DNA of 64,000 nt from Candidatus Blackburnbacteria bacterium (GTDB lineage Bacteria; Patescibacteriota; Microgenomatia; UBA8517; UBA10165), in contig JACPEJ010000001.1 of NCBI GenBank assembly GCA_016183565.1, forward strand, positions 614,479 through 678,478, read 5' to 3'. Below are positions 8,977 through 17,493 of this stretch, piece after piece. The translations under genes and the position numbers were made by a program. Within the stretch, counting starts at the first letter, position 1. Each line of letters begins with the position of its first letter. The notes under the pieces were generated by a model. That model made no database searches and was not told the DNA's origin. It was given only the letters and a program-made list of their open reading frames with translations.

Positions 8977-9255
8977 GTGGCAAGAGCAGAAAGAGCGCCA
9001 CAACTGGCGCCATGTGCTGGAACCGTAATGCCCACAACCCCGGAGACTCAGCTTTGGTCGGTTTTAGAACGAGCACAAGAGCTTTGTGGTTTTCCTCATC
9101 TAGTGCAGGTAAATCCTGTTGTGGACGAAAGTGATATAAATTTTAGATTGCCTGAGGAATTACGGGTTTTATATGACCATTATATGGAGGAGAGACCAAA
9201 CTGGGAAACCGAGCTTTACGAGAGTGCAAGAACCAACTACCTCTCAACAACTTAA
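8977..9255 (+). CDS. Hypothetical small protein (92 aa, GTG start)
   Basis: ORF only. It is GC-richer than the flanks. Confidence 0.25.
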   Translation: MARAERAPQLAPCAGTVMPTTPETQLWSVLERAQELCGFPHLVQVNPVVDESDINFRLPEELRVLYDHYMEERPNWETELYESARTNYLSTT

Positions 9256-9338
9256 GCTTGCACAACAAATCTTCTCGCACTTTCGGAAAAACCATTTCTT
9301 CTAAACCTACTTCAATGGTACAATTTAGAAGTGAGAAT

Positions 9339-10670
9339 ATGGAAAACATCACCACGAGTGTAATTGCTCGTTACAAAAATGCAAAGCATTTTTTGCGATC
9401 GTTTTGGGAGGTCTTGAAAAATGGGTATCCTGCAAGAAAATTAACTGTTATCGGTGTGACCGGTACCGATGGCAAGACTACAACTTCTCATTTAATTTAT
9501 GAAATTCTAAAAGAAGCAGGCTATAAGGCTGGACTCGTTTCAACAGTGGGAGCTTGGGTGGGGGAAGAATACAGAAATACGGGGTTTCACATAACTACGC
9601 CAAACGCTAAGATGCTGCAACCTTTCCTAAAAAGGTTAGTAGAGGATGGGGTAACTCACTTGGTTTTGGAGACTACATCACATGCACTAGATCAGCATAG
9701 GGTATTGGGCTGCAATTTTAAAATTGGAGTTTTGACAAATGTTACCCACGAGCATTTAGATTATCATAAAACAATTGAGAGATATCAAAAGGCAAAGGCA
9801 AAGCTTTTTAAGGGAGTTAAAGTTGCAGTTTTGAACAATGACGATGGTGCTTTTGATTATTTTAAAGGTGTTACAAATCCAAGGGCAAAAATTATGTCAT
9901 ACAGTCTCCAGGGGCAAGCGAGTTTGCGCGCTCGGAACGCCAAAGCAGAAGGGGGAATCACAAGGTTTAGTGTGTTAGAGAGAGACAAAACACACAGTCT
10001 AACTACAACACTTTCCGGAGAATACAATATCTCCAATATTTTAGGGGCGGTCGGTGTAGCTCGAGCCATGAAAGTACGTTGGGCGGAAATTAAGTTAGCA
10101 ATTTCGGGTTTTGAGGGAGTTAGCGGACGAATGGAGGTTATTGCAGACAAGCCTTTTAAGCTAATTGTGGATTTTGCACATACGCCAAATGCTCTTGAGA
10201 GTTTGCTTTCTAGCCTTGCAAGGCCAGGCCTTGTGAGCCTGGGTAGGTTAGGTCGGTTGATTGTGGTTTTTGGGTGCGCTGGGGAGAGGGATATTGCCAA
10301 ACGTCCAATGATGGGAGAGATTTCCACCCGTCTTGCTGATATTTCGATTTTTACGGCCGAAGATCCTCGTTCTGAGGATGTAAATACAATTATTGGACAA
10401 ATAGCGAAGGGTGCTAGAGCAGCAGGAGCTGTTGAGACAGAATCCCGACGTGCAAAGCTATTCCACCTCCCAGGTGGAATAAATAGGTTTATTCGTGAGC
10501 CAGACAGGAGGCAGGCGATAAGATTGGCAGTGAAACTTGCCAAACCGCATGATATTGTTGTTATTTGCGGAAAGGGCCACGAAAAAAGTATGGCGTATGG
10601 AAAAATCGAAAAGCCGTGGTCAGATCAAAAAGAAGCTCGAGAAGCTTTGAATGCAAGGAAACTTAACTAG
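9339..10670 (+). CDS. Mur ligase family protein (MurE-like UDP-MurNAc-tripeptide ligase); ORF open from 9258
   Basis: GVTGTDGKTTTSHL P-loop, a central Mur ligase domain, and a C-terminal GKGHE motif. An in-frame REP-like element lies at 10444-10478. Confidence 0.7.
   Translation: MENITTSVIARYKNAKHFLRSFWEVLKNGYPARKLTVIGVTGTDGKTTTSHLIYEILKEAGYKAGLVSTVGAWVGEEYRNTGFHITTPNAKMLQPFLKRLVEDGVTHLVLETTSHALDQHRVLGCNFKIGVLTNVTHEHLDYHKTIERYQKAKAKLFKGVKVAVLNNDDGAFDYFKGVTNPRAKIMSYSLQGQASLRARNAKAEGGITRFSVLERDKTHSLTTTLSGEYNISNILGAVGVARAMKVRWAEIKLAISGFEGVSGRMEVIADKPFKLIVDFAHTPNALESLLSSLARPGLVSLGRLGRLIVVFGCAGERDIAKRPMMGEISTRLADISIFTAEDPRSEDVNTIIGQIAKGARAAGAVETESRRAKLFHLPGGINRFIREPDRRQAIRLAVKLAKPHDIVVICGKGHEKSMAYGKIEKPWSDQKEAREALNARKLN
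10444..10478 (+). repeat. REP-like palindromic element, copy b (inside the murE-like CDS, in frame)
   Basis: CCCGACGTGCAAAGCTATTCCACCTCCCAGGTGGAAT, translated as SRRAKLFHLPGGI. Confidence 0.8.
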
Positions 10671-10703
10671 CACCTATCTTCGGAGTATGCTAAAATACCG
10701 CCT

Positions 10704-11594
10704 ATGGCAGTAAAAAAAGTAGTGGCTCACAAATCGGTCCTTGCACGAGAGTCGGATGGAACTCTCCAGCTTACCCTCACTATTCCACTAAATGACGTTG
10801 CAAAACAGAGAGAAGAGGCAGTTAAAACCCTTACAGCAAAGGTTGAAGTTCCTGGTTTTCGCAAGGGCAAGGTGCCGCGTGACGTAGCTTTAAAGCATAT
10901 TGAGAAGCAGGATCTTTACAACCAGCTTCTTGGGCGCTTGCTTCCAGAAGCTTATACAAAGGCTGTAGAGGAACATGGGTTAAAGCCAATTTTAGCCCCC
11001 CGCTTTGAGTTGGTTTCTTTAGATGATAGCAAAGATTGGGTGGTGCGTGCAGTAACTTGTGAGCTTCCAACTGTTGAAGTAGGGGATTACAAAAAAACAG
11101 TGAAAGGCAATGCTGCTTCTACAAAAATTTGGGTTCCGGGCAAGGATGGGGACAAAGACGATGAAAATAAAGAGGTTACACGAGAAGAGAAGGAGCAGCA
11201 AGCATTAAAGGCACTAATCGAGAGTGCCCAAGTTCAAATTCCTCGTCTGTTTATCGAGGAGGAAGTAAATCATAAGCTTTCAAGGCTTCTTGAGCAAACC
11301 CAACAGCTCGGTTTGACTATCGAGCAGTATCTTGCCTCAACAGGAAAGACAGTGCAAGATATAAAAGGGGAGTTTGCTCAAACCGCAGCTGAAGCTGTTA
11401 AATTAGAGTTAGTATTAAACAAGATTGCAGAGGAAGAAAAAATAACTGTCGAGGAAGCCGAGATTGATGCAATAATTGAAAGTACAGGCAACGAAGATAC
11501 GAAAAAGGCTCTTTCAACACCTCAACAAAGACAAATGATTAATTCGGTTCTTAGGCGTCGTAAGGCGCTTGATAGGTTAGTAAACCTAATCTAG
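10704..11594 (+). CDS. tig: Trigger factor (short form lacking the PPIase domain)
   Basis: N-terminal ribosome-binding signature PGFRKGKVPR. At 296 aa it is shorter than the canonical ~430 aa. Confidence 0.6.
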   Translation: MAVKKVVAHKSVLARESDGTLQLTLTIPLNDVAKQREEAVKTLTAKVEVPGFRKGKVPRDVALKHIEKQDLYNQLLGRLLPEAYTKAVEEHGLKPILAPRFELVSLDDSKDWVVRAVTCELPTVEVGDYKKTVKGNAASTKIWVPGKDGDKDDENKEVTREEKEQQALKALIESAQVQIPRLFIEEEVNHKLSRLLEQTQQLGLTIEQYLASTGKTVQDIKGEFAQTAAEAVKLELVLNKIAEEEKITVEEAEIDAIIESTGNEDTKKALSTPQQRQMINSVLRRRKALDRLVNLI

Positions 11595-11617
11595 AATTTC
11601 TCAAAACCTTAAAAGTT

Positions 11618-12295
11618 ATGTCTTTAAATCGGCAGTTTACCAAACCTGTAAGCAAAGTCCAGTCACGTAGAGGATTGAAAGGCAAATTTCCGCCGTCTTC
11701 AGATGGGCTTGTCGAATCCATCAGAGATATTGGGAAAGGGACATTTGATTCTTTTAAAAACGATCTGGTCAAAGAAACTTCTAAAGACTTCTTGAGGCAA
11801 ATGCTTGGATTTGAAAGACCGCGGGTTCAAGCATCAGGGGAACTTGTGATGGGGCAGACGATTGAGATTGACCAAATAATTGAGTCACAAAACGAAGAGA
11901 AACAGATACTCCAGGCTCGCTTGTTGCGGGAAAAACAACTTCGTGAGGAAGATCACGTAGTTTCAGAACAAAAAAACCAGGAGCTTAAGGTGCAATTACA
12001 TGCTGTGATTCAAGAAGTTTCGCAGCTTGCTACGGCAACGGTAAGTTTATCCGAAAAAGTTAAAATTGCTGCGGTTCAAGCACCGGCAAACCCTGGTGTT
12101 TACCATCTAGTGTTTTTTGAGAAGCTCTTAAGTTTTATGAGATCTTTTCGCAAGAAGATTCAAAATGCTTCAGTTTGGATTCACTCAAGCAATAAGCGTG
12201 CCAGAAGACAAAGAACTTTTTGGGGACAGGTTGGATCGTATGGTGCAAAAAGGCTTCTTTCTTCTGAAGACTCCATGACCAGATCGGCGGGATAG
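11618..12295 (+). CDS. Hypothetical coiled-coil protein
   Basis: ORF with a Q/E/K-rich helical region. No family was recognised. Confidence 0.35.
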   Translation: MSLNRQFTKPVSKVQSRRGLKGKFPPSSDGLVESIRDIGKGTFDSFKNDLVKETSKDFLRQMLGFERPRVQASGELVMGQTIEIDQIIESQNEEKQILQARLLREKQLREEDHVVSEQKNQELKVQLHAVIQEVSQLATATVSLSEKVKIAAVQAPANPGVYHLVFFEKLLSFMRSFRKKIQNASVWIHSSNKRARRQRTFWGQVGSYGAKRLLSSEDSMTRSAG

Positions 12296-12364
12296 TGTGG
12301 GTGGTGTTTGTTGGAAAAAGTCAGAACTCATTTTGAACAAAATCCCGATTGATTGCCGCACCGC

Positions 12365-13342
12365 TTATTTATCAAATTTCAGAAAATACTCTTTCGGTCT
12401 GGATTCTCGTTCTATTATACCATTCCAGCTTGACTCAACATACGAAACTCTTTTGACTTTTCCATTATGCCAGCAAAGAGGATTTACTATCCGCGATTTG
12501 CAAAAAACTTTTCTAGTATAATCATTTGGATTATTTCTGAAACCGATTTTATTGTTCATTCTATCAAACAGCAAACTCAATGTTGAATCAGTTTTGATAT
12601 GAGGTTCTATTTTTCCCAAAACGATTTTATCGGTAGTGTATAGATCAATTTCAGAAATATACTTTTTTGAAAGTGCATAACGGAGATAATCCCCGACTGT
12701 CCTAAACATAACTGCCGAGGGCAAACCGGCATAATAATCAGTATTTAGCTTTAAAAATAATTTTGCGTATTTTTCCGCACTTTCAAAATCTTTAAAAATC
12801 CATTGTCCATTTTCCGCCAAAAGATTATCAATAAAATATTTTCCGTTTTCAATTTCCTTAAAAACAATGGCAGTTCTTAACGAGTAATCAATTCTGTCCG
12901 TACATAAATCTGGTAAATCTTTTTCTTTTAGCGGAAAATTTTTGTCGTCTAAAATATACTCTATATTTAAACCGTATTTTCTCAATATTTCGGGAATTTC
13001 TGACTTCCTGACAAACTCATCGAAAACGTTATCTTGATAATTATGTTCTTTTTCCGAGCCAGCGTCTAAAACATAATCAATACAATGCGAAAAAGCGGAA
13101 TGGGAAACATCGTGTATAAGTCCGGCGATTTGTTCTTCAATCGACGCGCCATACATTTTTAAGAGCAAATAAACACCGACTGAATGTTCAAAGCGAGAGT
13201 GTGCTGTCTCTGAAAAATGAGGTTCAAAATATCCTGCTTGGTCTATATCTTTTAATCGTTGAATGGTTTTGGAATTTATCAATTCTAAAATAACCGGTTC
13301 ATCGATTTCAAAATTTCCATATACTCGGTCTATGTATTTCAT
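12365..13342 (-). CDS. HD-domain metal-dependent phosphohydrolase (dGTPase-like)
   Basis: RFEHSVGVY...LIHDVSHSAFSH...CTDRIDYSLRT gives the H...HD...D motifs. Confidence 0.6.
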   Translation of the reverse strand: MKYIDRVYGNFEIDEPVILELINSKTIQRLKDIDQAGYFEPHFSETAHSRFEHSVGVYLLLKMYGASIEEQIAGLIHDVSHSAFSHCIDYVLDAGSEKEHNYQDNVFDEFVRKSEIPEILRKYGLNIEYILDDKNFPLKEKDLPDLCTDRIDYSLRTAIVFKEIENGKYFIDNLLAENGQWIFKDFESAEKYAKLFLKLNTDYYAGLPSAVMFRTVGDYLRYALSKKYISEIDLYTTDKIVLGKIEPHIKTDSTLSLLFDRMNNKIGFRNNPNDYTRKVFCKSRIVNPLCWHNGKVKRVSYVESSWNGIIERESRPKEYFLKFDK

Positions 13343-13345
13343 AGT

Positions 13346-13513
13346 TTATTTTAACCCCTTAACAAGTTCCTCTGGCGAGGAAATTATTTCTCTAAATAAG
13401 ACGTGGCGACATAGTTCTTCGTCGCTTGTTAATGCATAAATTGAACCAATTTCCAAAGTTGTGCTATTTCTAACATAACCGTCTTTGTTAAAGACAAAAA
13501 CCACATCGGCCAT
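13346..13513 (-). CDS. Hypothetical small protein (start uncertain; ORF open to 13630)
   Basis: ORF between tRNA-Val and the HD gene. Confidence 0.2.
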   Translation of the reverse strand: MADVVFVFNKDGYVRNSTTLEIGSIYALTSDEELCRHVLFREIISSPEELVKGLK

Positions 13514-13638
13514 TTGTATTTTGTAAAAATGATCGTGGGTTAAACCAAACCAATTTCTTTTAGTTTTTTGCCAAATTCTCGCATTTCCGGGCTGTATGCG
13601 GGGTAAACTCCGCCCCGAGCGAGGCGACAAATCGTCTT

Positions 13639-13716
13639 TGGTGGACGGTAGAGGACTCGAACCTCTGAAACCTTCCGCACGTCAAGCGGACGCTCTACCA
13701 ACTGAGCTAACCGTCC
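13639..13716 (-). tRNA. tRNA-Val (anticodon GAC), 78 nt with CCA
   Basis: Reverse complement GGACGGT-TA-GCTCAGTTGGTAGAGC-G-TCCGC-TTGACGT-GCGGA-AGGTT-AGAGGTTCGAGTCCTCT-ACCGTCC-ACCA. Confidence 0.8.
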
Positions 13717-13806
13717 CAGTTATCCCATTATATCAAAAAAGGCCTCCACTAGAGAAACCCGCACAGAAACACGAGTTTCGCAGTTTTGATGAAATCACTT
13801 TCATGT

Positions 13807-13848
13807 CATTCCCGCGAAAGCCAAGTCTGACTTGGCGAAAGCGGGAAT
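13807..13848. repeat. Composite hairpin (outer TTCCCGC/GCGGGAA, GAAA internal loops, inner GCCAAGTC/GACTTGGC)
   Basis: Seen directly. The inner core CAAGTCTGACTTG recurs inside REP copy c at 15601-15617. Confidence 0.5.
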
Positions 13849-13995
13849 CTATATCAATAATTATTTGTATGGATTCCGTATCAAGTACGGAGTGACAAAG
13901 TGCGAAACTAGTAAGAAACTAATCTCTTTCGCTTTAATACTTTAAAGTGTAAAAGATTTTCTCCAAAACTCTCTTCAACTACGTATTTAAGGCTA

Positions 13996-14027
13996 ATACT
14001 ACACTCCTACGTAGGAGTGTAGTATTC
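13996..14027. repeat. Perfect 32-bp palindrome AATACTACACTCCTAC|GTAGGAGTGTAGTATT
   Basis: The two halves are exact reverse complements with no spacer. Confidence 0.7.
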
Positions 14028-14039
14028 TATCTCTGGGAA

Positions 14040-14445
14040 GTAAAATAGGTTTGCAATGAACGGTATACGGTGGCGAAAGAGTCCTCCTGTTTGTGCAGGG
14101 GTACGGATCCAAAGTGGGTACACTTGTCGCAGACGTCAGGGGCGTCTACTGGTGTAGGGATGGTTACCCTCGTGTTGACTTGATGGGGTTGTCGCAAGCT
14201 TCCTGAATCGCCTGCACTATATGCCATTCCCGAACCTCTGGGGAGGTTTCATTCTCGCAATAGCGCGGGTTCCGAGCGAGACTGATCTGGTTGCACATTT
14301 GGATGCAAACTCCCGCAGGTTCGCTCGAATGGTACGCACTCTCTGTGCTTCCCAATCGTGACCACTTCGATTCAGGTCTCGGGGCACTCTCTAACGCAGC
14401 GGCCCGGTGTTTGGGTTCACCCTGGCATCGGGCCTTTTCTTTTTG
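14040..14445 (+). ncRNA. Candidate large structured RNA (~400 nt, GC-rich island, no ORF), family unresolved
   Basis: GC is about 55% against a ~40% background. No ORF of 100 aa or more on either strand across 13720-14495. The region ends in a clear intrinsic terminator on the + strand. Confidence 0.35.
14401..14444 (+). terminator. Rho-independent terminator
   Basis: GGCCCG-N22-CGGGCC followed by TTTTCTTTTT. Confidence 0.6.
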
Positions 14446-14494
14446 AGACAAGCATTTGACAGGGGTGTAAAAATAGTGTTAACCTAAATATGGA

Positions 14495-15214
14495 ATGCCT
14501 GCTGTCCGTAAAAAAACCAGTGCAACAGTTAGTCCTCCGACAGAGACTACTGAACAAAATGTTGCAGTGAAAGAAATGTCCGCTGGTCAAGTAGCAACAG
14601 TGGCGGTGGATACTCAGGAGACGACCATGGTCAGCACTGCAACAGAAAACCAGAAGACGGAACCAACACAAAAAGAACCGGCAATATCTTTTCCAACAGC
14701 AGATTTTTCTGGATCCAAAAAATCCGGCAAGGGCAGGGTTGTAGCAACAATTGTAGTAATATTAATAGCTTTAGGAGCGATAGTTGGAGGAAGCTTTTTC
14801 TACTATACCCAAAAAACCCAGAATGCTAATGGAGGACCCACAGAGGAAGCGGGGAATACAACTCCTTCGCCAGTAGAAGCTACTCCAACTCCAGAGGAAA
14901 CGGGAAATATAGACTTTTCAGAGTACAGTGCTCAGGTCCTTAATGGCTCTGGAATAGGAGGAGAAGCCGGAAAGGTTGAAGCGCTTTTGGAAAAAGCTGG
15001 AATGGAAGATATAAAAACAGGGAATGCAAAGACTTATGATTTTACGGATACTGAGGTACAGGTTGCGGCAGATAGTCCTACAGGGCTTTATGAAGCAGTG
15101 CAAAAAGCATTAGTCGGATATTCAGTTAAAAAGGGTGTGGATCTTTCTGAGGATTCTGAGTTTGATATGATTATCACAGTTGGTTCCAAAAAATCTTCTA
15201 CAACTGAAGAATAA
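14495..15214 (+). CDS. LytR_C domain membrane protein
   Basis: Low-complexity N-terminus, a TM helix, then C-terminal VLNGSGIGGEAGKVEALLEKAG...ITVG, typical of the LytR C-terminal domain. Confidence 0.55.
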   Translation: MPAVRKKTSATVSPPTETTEQNVAVKEMSAGQVATVAVDTQETTMVSTATENQKTEPTQKEPAISFPTADFSGSKKSGKGRVVATIVVILIALGAIVGGSFFYYTQKTQNANGGPTEEAGNTTPSPVEATPTPEETGNIDFSEYSAQVLNGSGIGGEAGKVEALLEKAGMEDIKTGNAKTYDFTDTEVQVAADSPTGLYEAVQKALVGYSVKKGVDLSEDSEFDMIITVGSKKSSTTEE

Positions 15215-15250
15215 ATCCTGATCTACTTGTACTACCTGTACTACTTGTGC
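15215..15250 (+). repeat. 9-bp tandem repeat (CTACTTGTA-CTACCTGTA-CTACTTGTG-CTAC) directly after a stop codon
   Basis: The same repeat family, in the same orientation relative to the upstream gene, recurs at 63121-63165. Confidence 0.6.
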
Positions 15251-15263
15251 TACTTTAAAGTGT

Positions 15264-15542
15264 ATGGAGCCAGTAGATAGGGTGCATAGACCATTGGGAA
15301 AGATGCTTCTGCATAATTTCTTGGGGGGTATTGCTTGGGCTTTAGGAGTTACTGTTGGTTTGTCAATTGTTTTGGGAATTTTGGGATACTTGGTTTCTAA
15401 GGTAGATTTTGTTCCAGTAATTGGCGATTTTGTTAAGAAAATTACAGAATCTGTCATTGAGCAACCTAAGCCTGAGATCCGGATACCATCTAAAGCTGCC
15501 GCACCAACTCTAATCCCTACTCAACAAATTCCTGAAGAGTAG
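15264..15542 (+). CDS. Hypothetical small membrane protein
   Basis: ORF with one or two TM helices. Confidence 0.35.
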   Translation: MEPVDRVHRPLGKMLLHNFLGGIAWALGVTVGLSIVLGILGYLVSKVDFVPVIGDFVKKITESVIEQPKPEIRIPSKAAAPTLIPTQQIPEE

Positions 15543-15560
15543 CCAGCGCCAACACATTAA

Positions 15561-15633
15561 CCCCGACGTGCAAACGTGTTCCACCGAGTCAAACTCGGTA
15601 GGCAAGTCTGACTTGCCACTTCCCAGGTGGAAT
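15561..15633 (+). repeat. REP-like element, copy c, with a 33-nt insertion carrying two extra hairpins
   Basis: CCCCGACGTGCAAACGTGTTCCACC[GAGTCAAACTCGGTAGGCAAGTCTGACTTGCCA]CTTCCCAGGTGGAA. Confidence 0.7.
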
Positions 15634-15680
15634 TGACAGAATGTAGCCTGAAGTCTGGTATTTTTGTATAATGTACAAAG

Positions 15681-17444
15681 ATGAATAAACAGAACGATCA
15701 ATTAGAAGCCATGCGACACTCTTGTGAACACGTCTTAACTATGGCGATGATCAAACTTTATCCGGGTTTACTACCTGCAATGGGACCGGCAATTGAGGAT
15801 GGCTTTTATTTCGACTTTGATTACTCCGGAAAAATCTCGGAAGCGGATTTTATAAAGATCGAGGCGGAGATGAAGAGAATTATTAACCAGGACTTGGCAA
15901 TTGTCCACAGTGAACTGTCGGTCGAAGAAGCAAGAGAAGTCTTTGCCCACAATCCTTACAAGTTGGAATGGGCAGAAGAAGCGGACAAAAGAGGAGAGAG
16001 GGTAAGTATTTATACCATCCAGGAAGAGAGCCAAGCCGACTCTTTTGTCGACGTCTGTAAAGGTCCACACGTTGAGTCAACGGGAAAGATTGGACCGTTT
16101 AAATTATTGAGTATTGCAGGAGCCTATTGGCATGGGGACTCTAAGAATAAGATGCTTACCAGGATCTATGGAACCTGTTTCCCAACTAAAGAAGATCTAG
16201 ATCAATACTTATGGCGGCTTGAAGAAGCCGAAAAAAGAAACCACAGAAGGATCGGGCAAGAGATGGAGCTGTTTGCAATCTTTCCTGAGATTGGCCAAGG
16301 GTTGCCTGTTTGGCTGCCAAACGGTTTCACTATTAGAAGGGTTCTCGAGGATTATATGCTTGAAGCCGAAAGAAAACTCGGCTATGAGCACGTGATAACA
16401 CCAGTTATCTCAAGAGCTGAACTTTTTAAAACTTCCGGGCATTTAGGCTTCTATGACGAGTCCATGTATCCACCAATTGAGGTAGATAATGAAAAATTGT
16501 ATCTAAAACCAATGAGTTGTCCTGGAGCAATGTTTATATATAAATACAAGACCAGAAGTTACCGCGATTTACCTATAAAACTAGGTGAATTCGGACTCGT
16601 TTACAGATACGAAAAGTCTGGTGAGCTACACGGTTTGCAAAGAGTCCGCGGTTTTACTCAAAACGATGCGCACATCTTTTGCCGCGAAGACCAAATAGCA
16701 GCTGAGTTAACAGAGGTCATAAATCTCTTAAAGCAATTTTATAAAGATCTGGGTTTTGACAAGTATTGGATTAGGCTCTCTTTATCTGACCCAAAAGACA
16801 AGAAATACGCAATCGCCTCGCGGGAAGAATGGGAGAGAGCAGAAAAAGCACTTAAAAAAGTTCTTGATGATAATAAATTGGAATATGAAGAAGCACCAGG
16901 TGAAGCAGTTTTCTATGGCCCAAAAATTGACATCCAAGCCGTAAATGTTTTCGGCAAAGAAGACACAATCTCTACAATTCAGTTCGATTTTAACCTGCCA
17001 AGAAAATTCGACCTTTTCTATATCGATACATCAGGTGAAAAAGCTCGTCCGTACGTAATACACAGAGCACTCATTGGTTCATTTGAGCGTTTCTTAGCTT
17101 TCCTTATCGAATATTATGCCGGAGCTTTTCCTGTGTGGCTTTCTCCGGTGCAGGCATTGGTTGTGCCAATAACCGAGCGGAATATTGAGTATGCACGAAG
17201 AGTTGGGCGACAGCTTAGGGAGAATGGGGTTCGAGTTCAGGTTGATGACCGATCAGAGACTTTGCAGGCAAAGATAAGGGACGCACAAATCCAAAAAATT
17301 CCATATATGCTTGTGGTGGGGGATAAGGAGCAAGAGTCAGAGACTGTTTCAGTACGGCTTCGAAGTGGCGAAAATACGGGACAAGTTAGCATCAAGGAAT
17401 TTGTTGCCAGTATTAAAAAGGTCATTTCAGAGAAAGAGGCTTAA
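15681..17444 (+). CDS. thrS: Threonine--tRNA ligase (no N-terminal TGS domain)
   Basis: Class II aaRS motifs: YLKPMSCPGAMFIY, FGLVYRYEKSGELHGLQRVRGFTQNDAHIF. The protein begins at the editing/SAD domain (HSCEH). Confidence 0.9.
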   Translation: MNKQNDQLEAMRHSCEHVLTMAMIKLYPGLLPAMGPAIEDGFYFDFDYSGKISEADFIKIEAEMKRIINQDLAIVHSELSVEEAREVFAHNPYKLEWAEEADKRGERVSIYTIQEESQADSFVDVCKGPHVESTGKIGPFKLLSIAGAYWHGDSKNKMLTRIYGTCFPTKEDLDQYLWRLEEAEKRNHRRIGQEMELFAIFPEIGQGLPVWLPNGFTIRRVLEDYMLEAERKLGYEHVITPVISRAELFKTSGHLGFYDESMYPPIEVDNEKLYLKPMSCPGAMFIYKYKTRSYRDLPIKLGEFGLVYRYEKSGELHGLQRVRGFTQNDAHIFCREDQIAAELTEVINLLKQFYKDLGFDKYWIRLSLSDPKDKKYAIASREEWERAEKALKKVLDDNKLEYEEAPGEAVFYGPKIDIQAVNVFGKEDTISTIQFDFNLPRKFDLFYIDTSGEKARPYVIHRALIGSFERFLAFLIEYYAGAFPVWLSPVQALVVPITERNIEYARRVGRQLRENGVRVQVDDRSETLQAKIRDAQIQKIPYMLVVGDKEQESETVSVRLRSGENTGQVSIKEFVASIKKVISEKEA

Positions 17445-17493
17445 TTTGAACAAAATATCTTCTGTGTGGTAAAATACTTTTAAGACATTTGCT

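Noticed and set aside
9857-10543. 228-aa antisense ORF inside the murE-like gene
   Set aside because: Fully nested antisense to a gene with clear Mur ligase motifs. Typical shadow ORF.
13596-13895. 99-aa ORF across tRNA-Val
   Set aside because: Overlaps the tRNA and an AT-rich intergenic hairpin region. No coding signal.
14040-14445. Attempted to call the GC-rich island as RNase P RNA or tmRNA
   Set aside because: Neither strand contains the universal RNase P P4 sequences (GGAAAGUCC, ACAGAA), a tmRNA tag reading frame ending in Ala-Ala-stop, or a tRNA-like T-arm. It is kept only as an unclassified candidate structured RNA.
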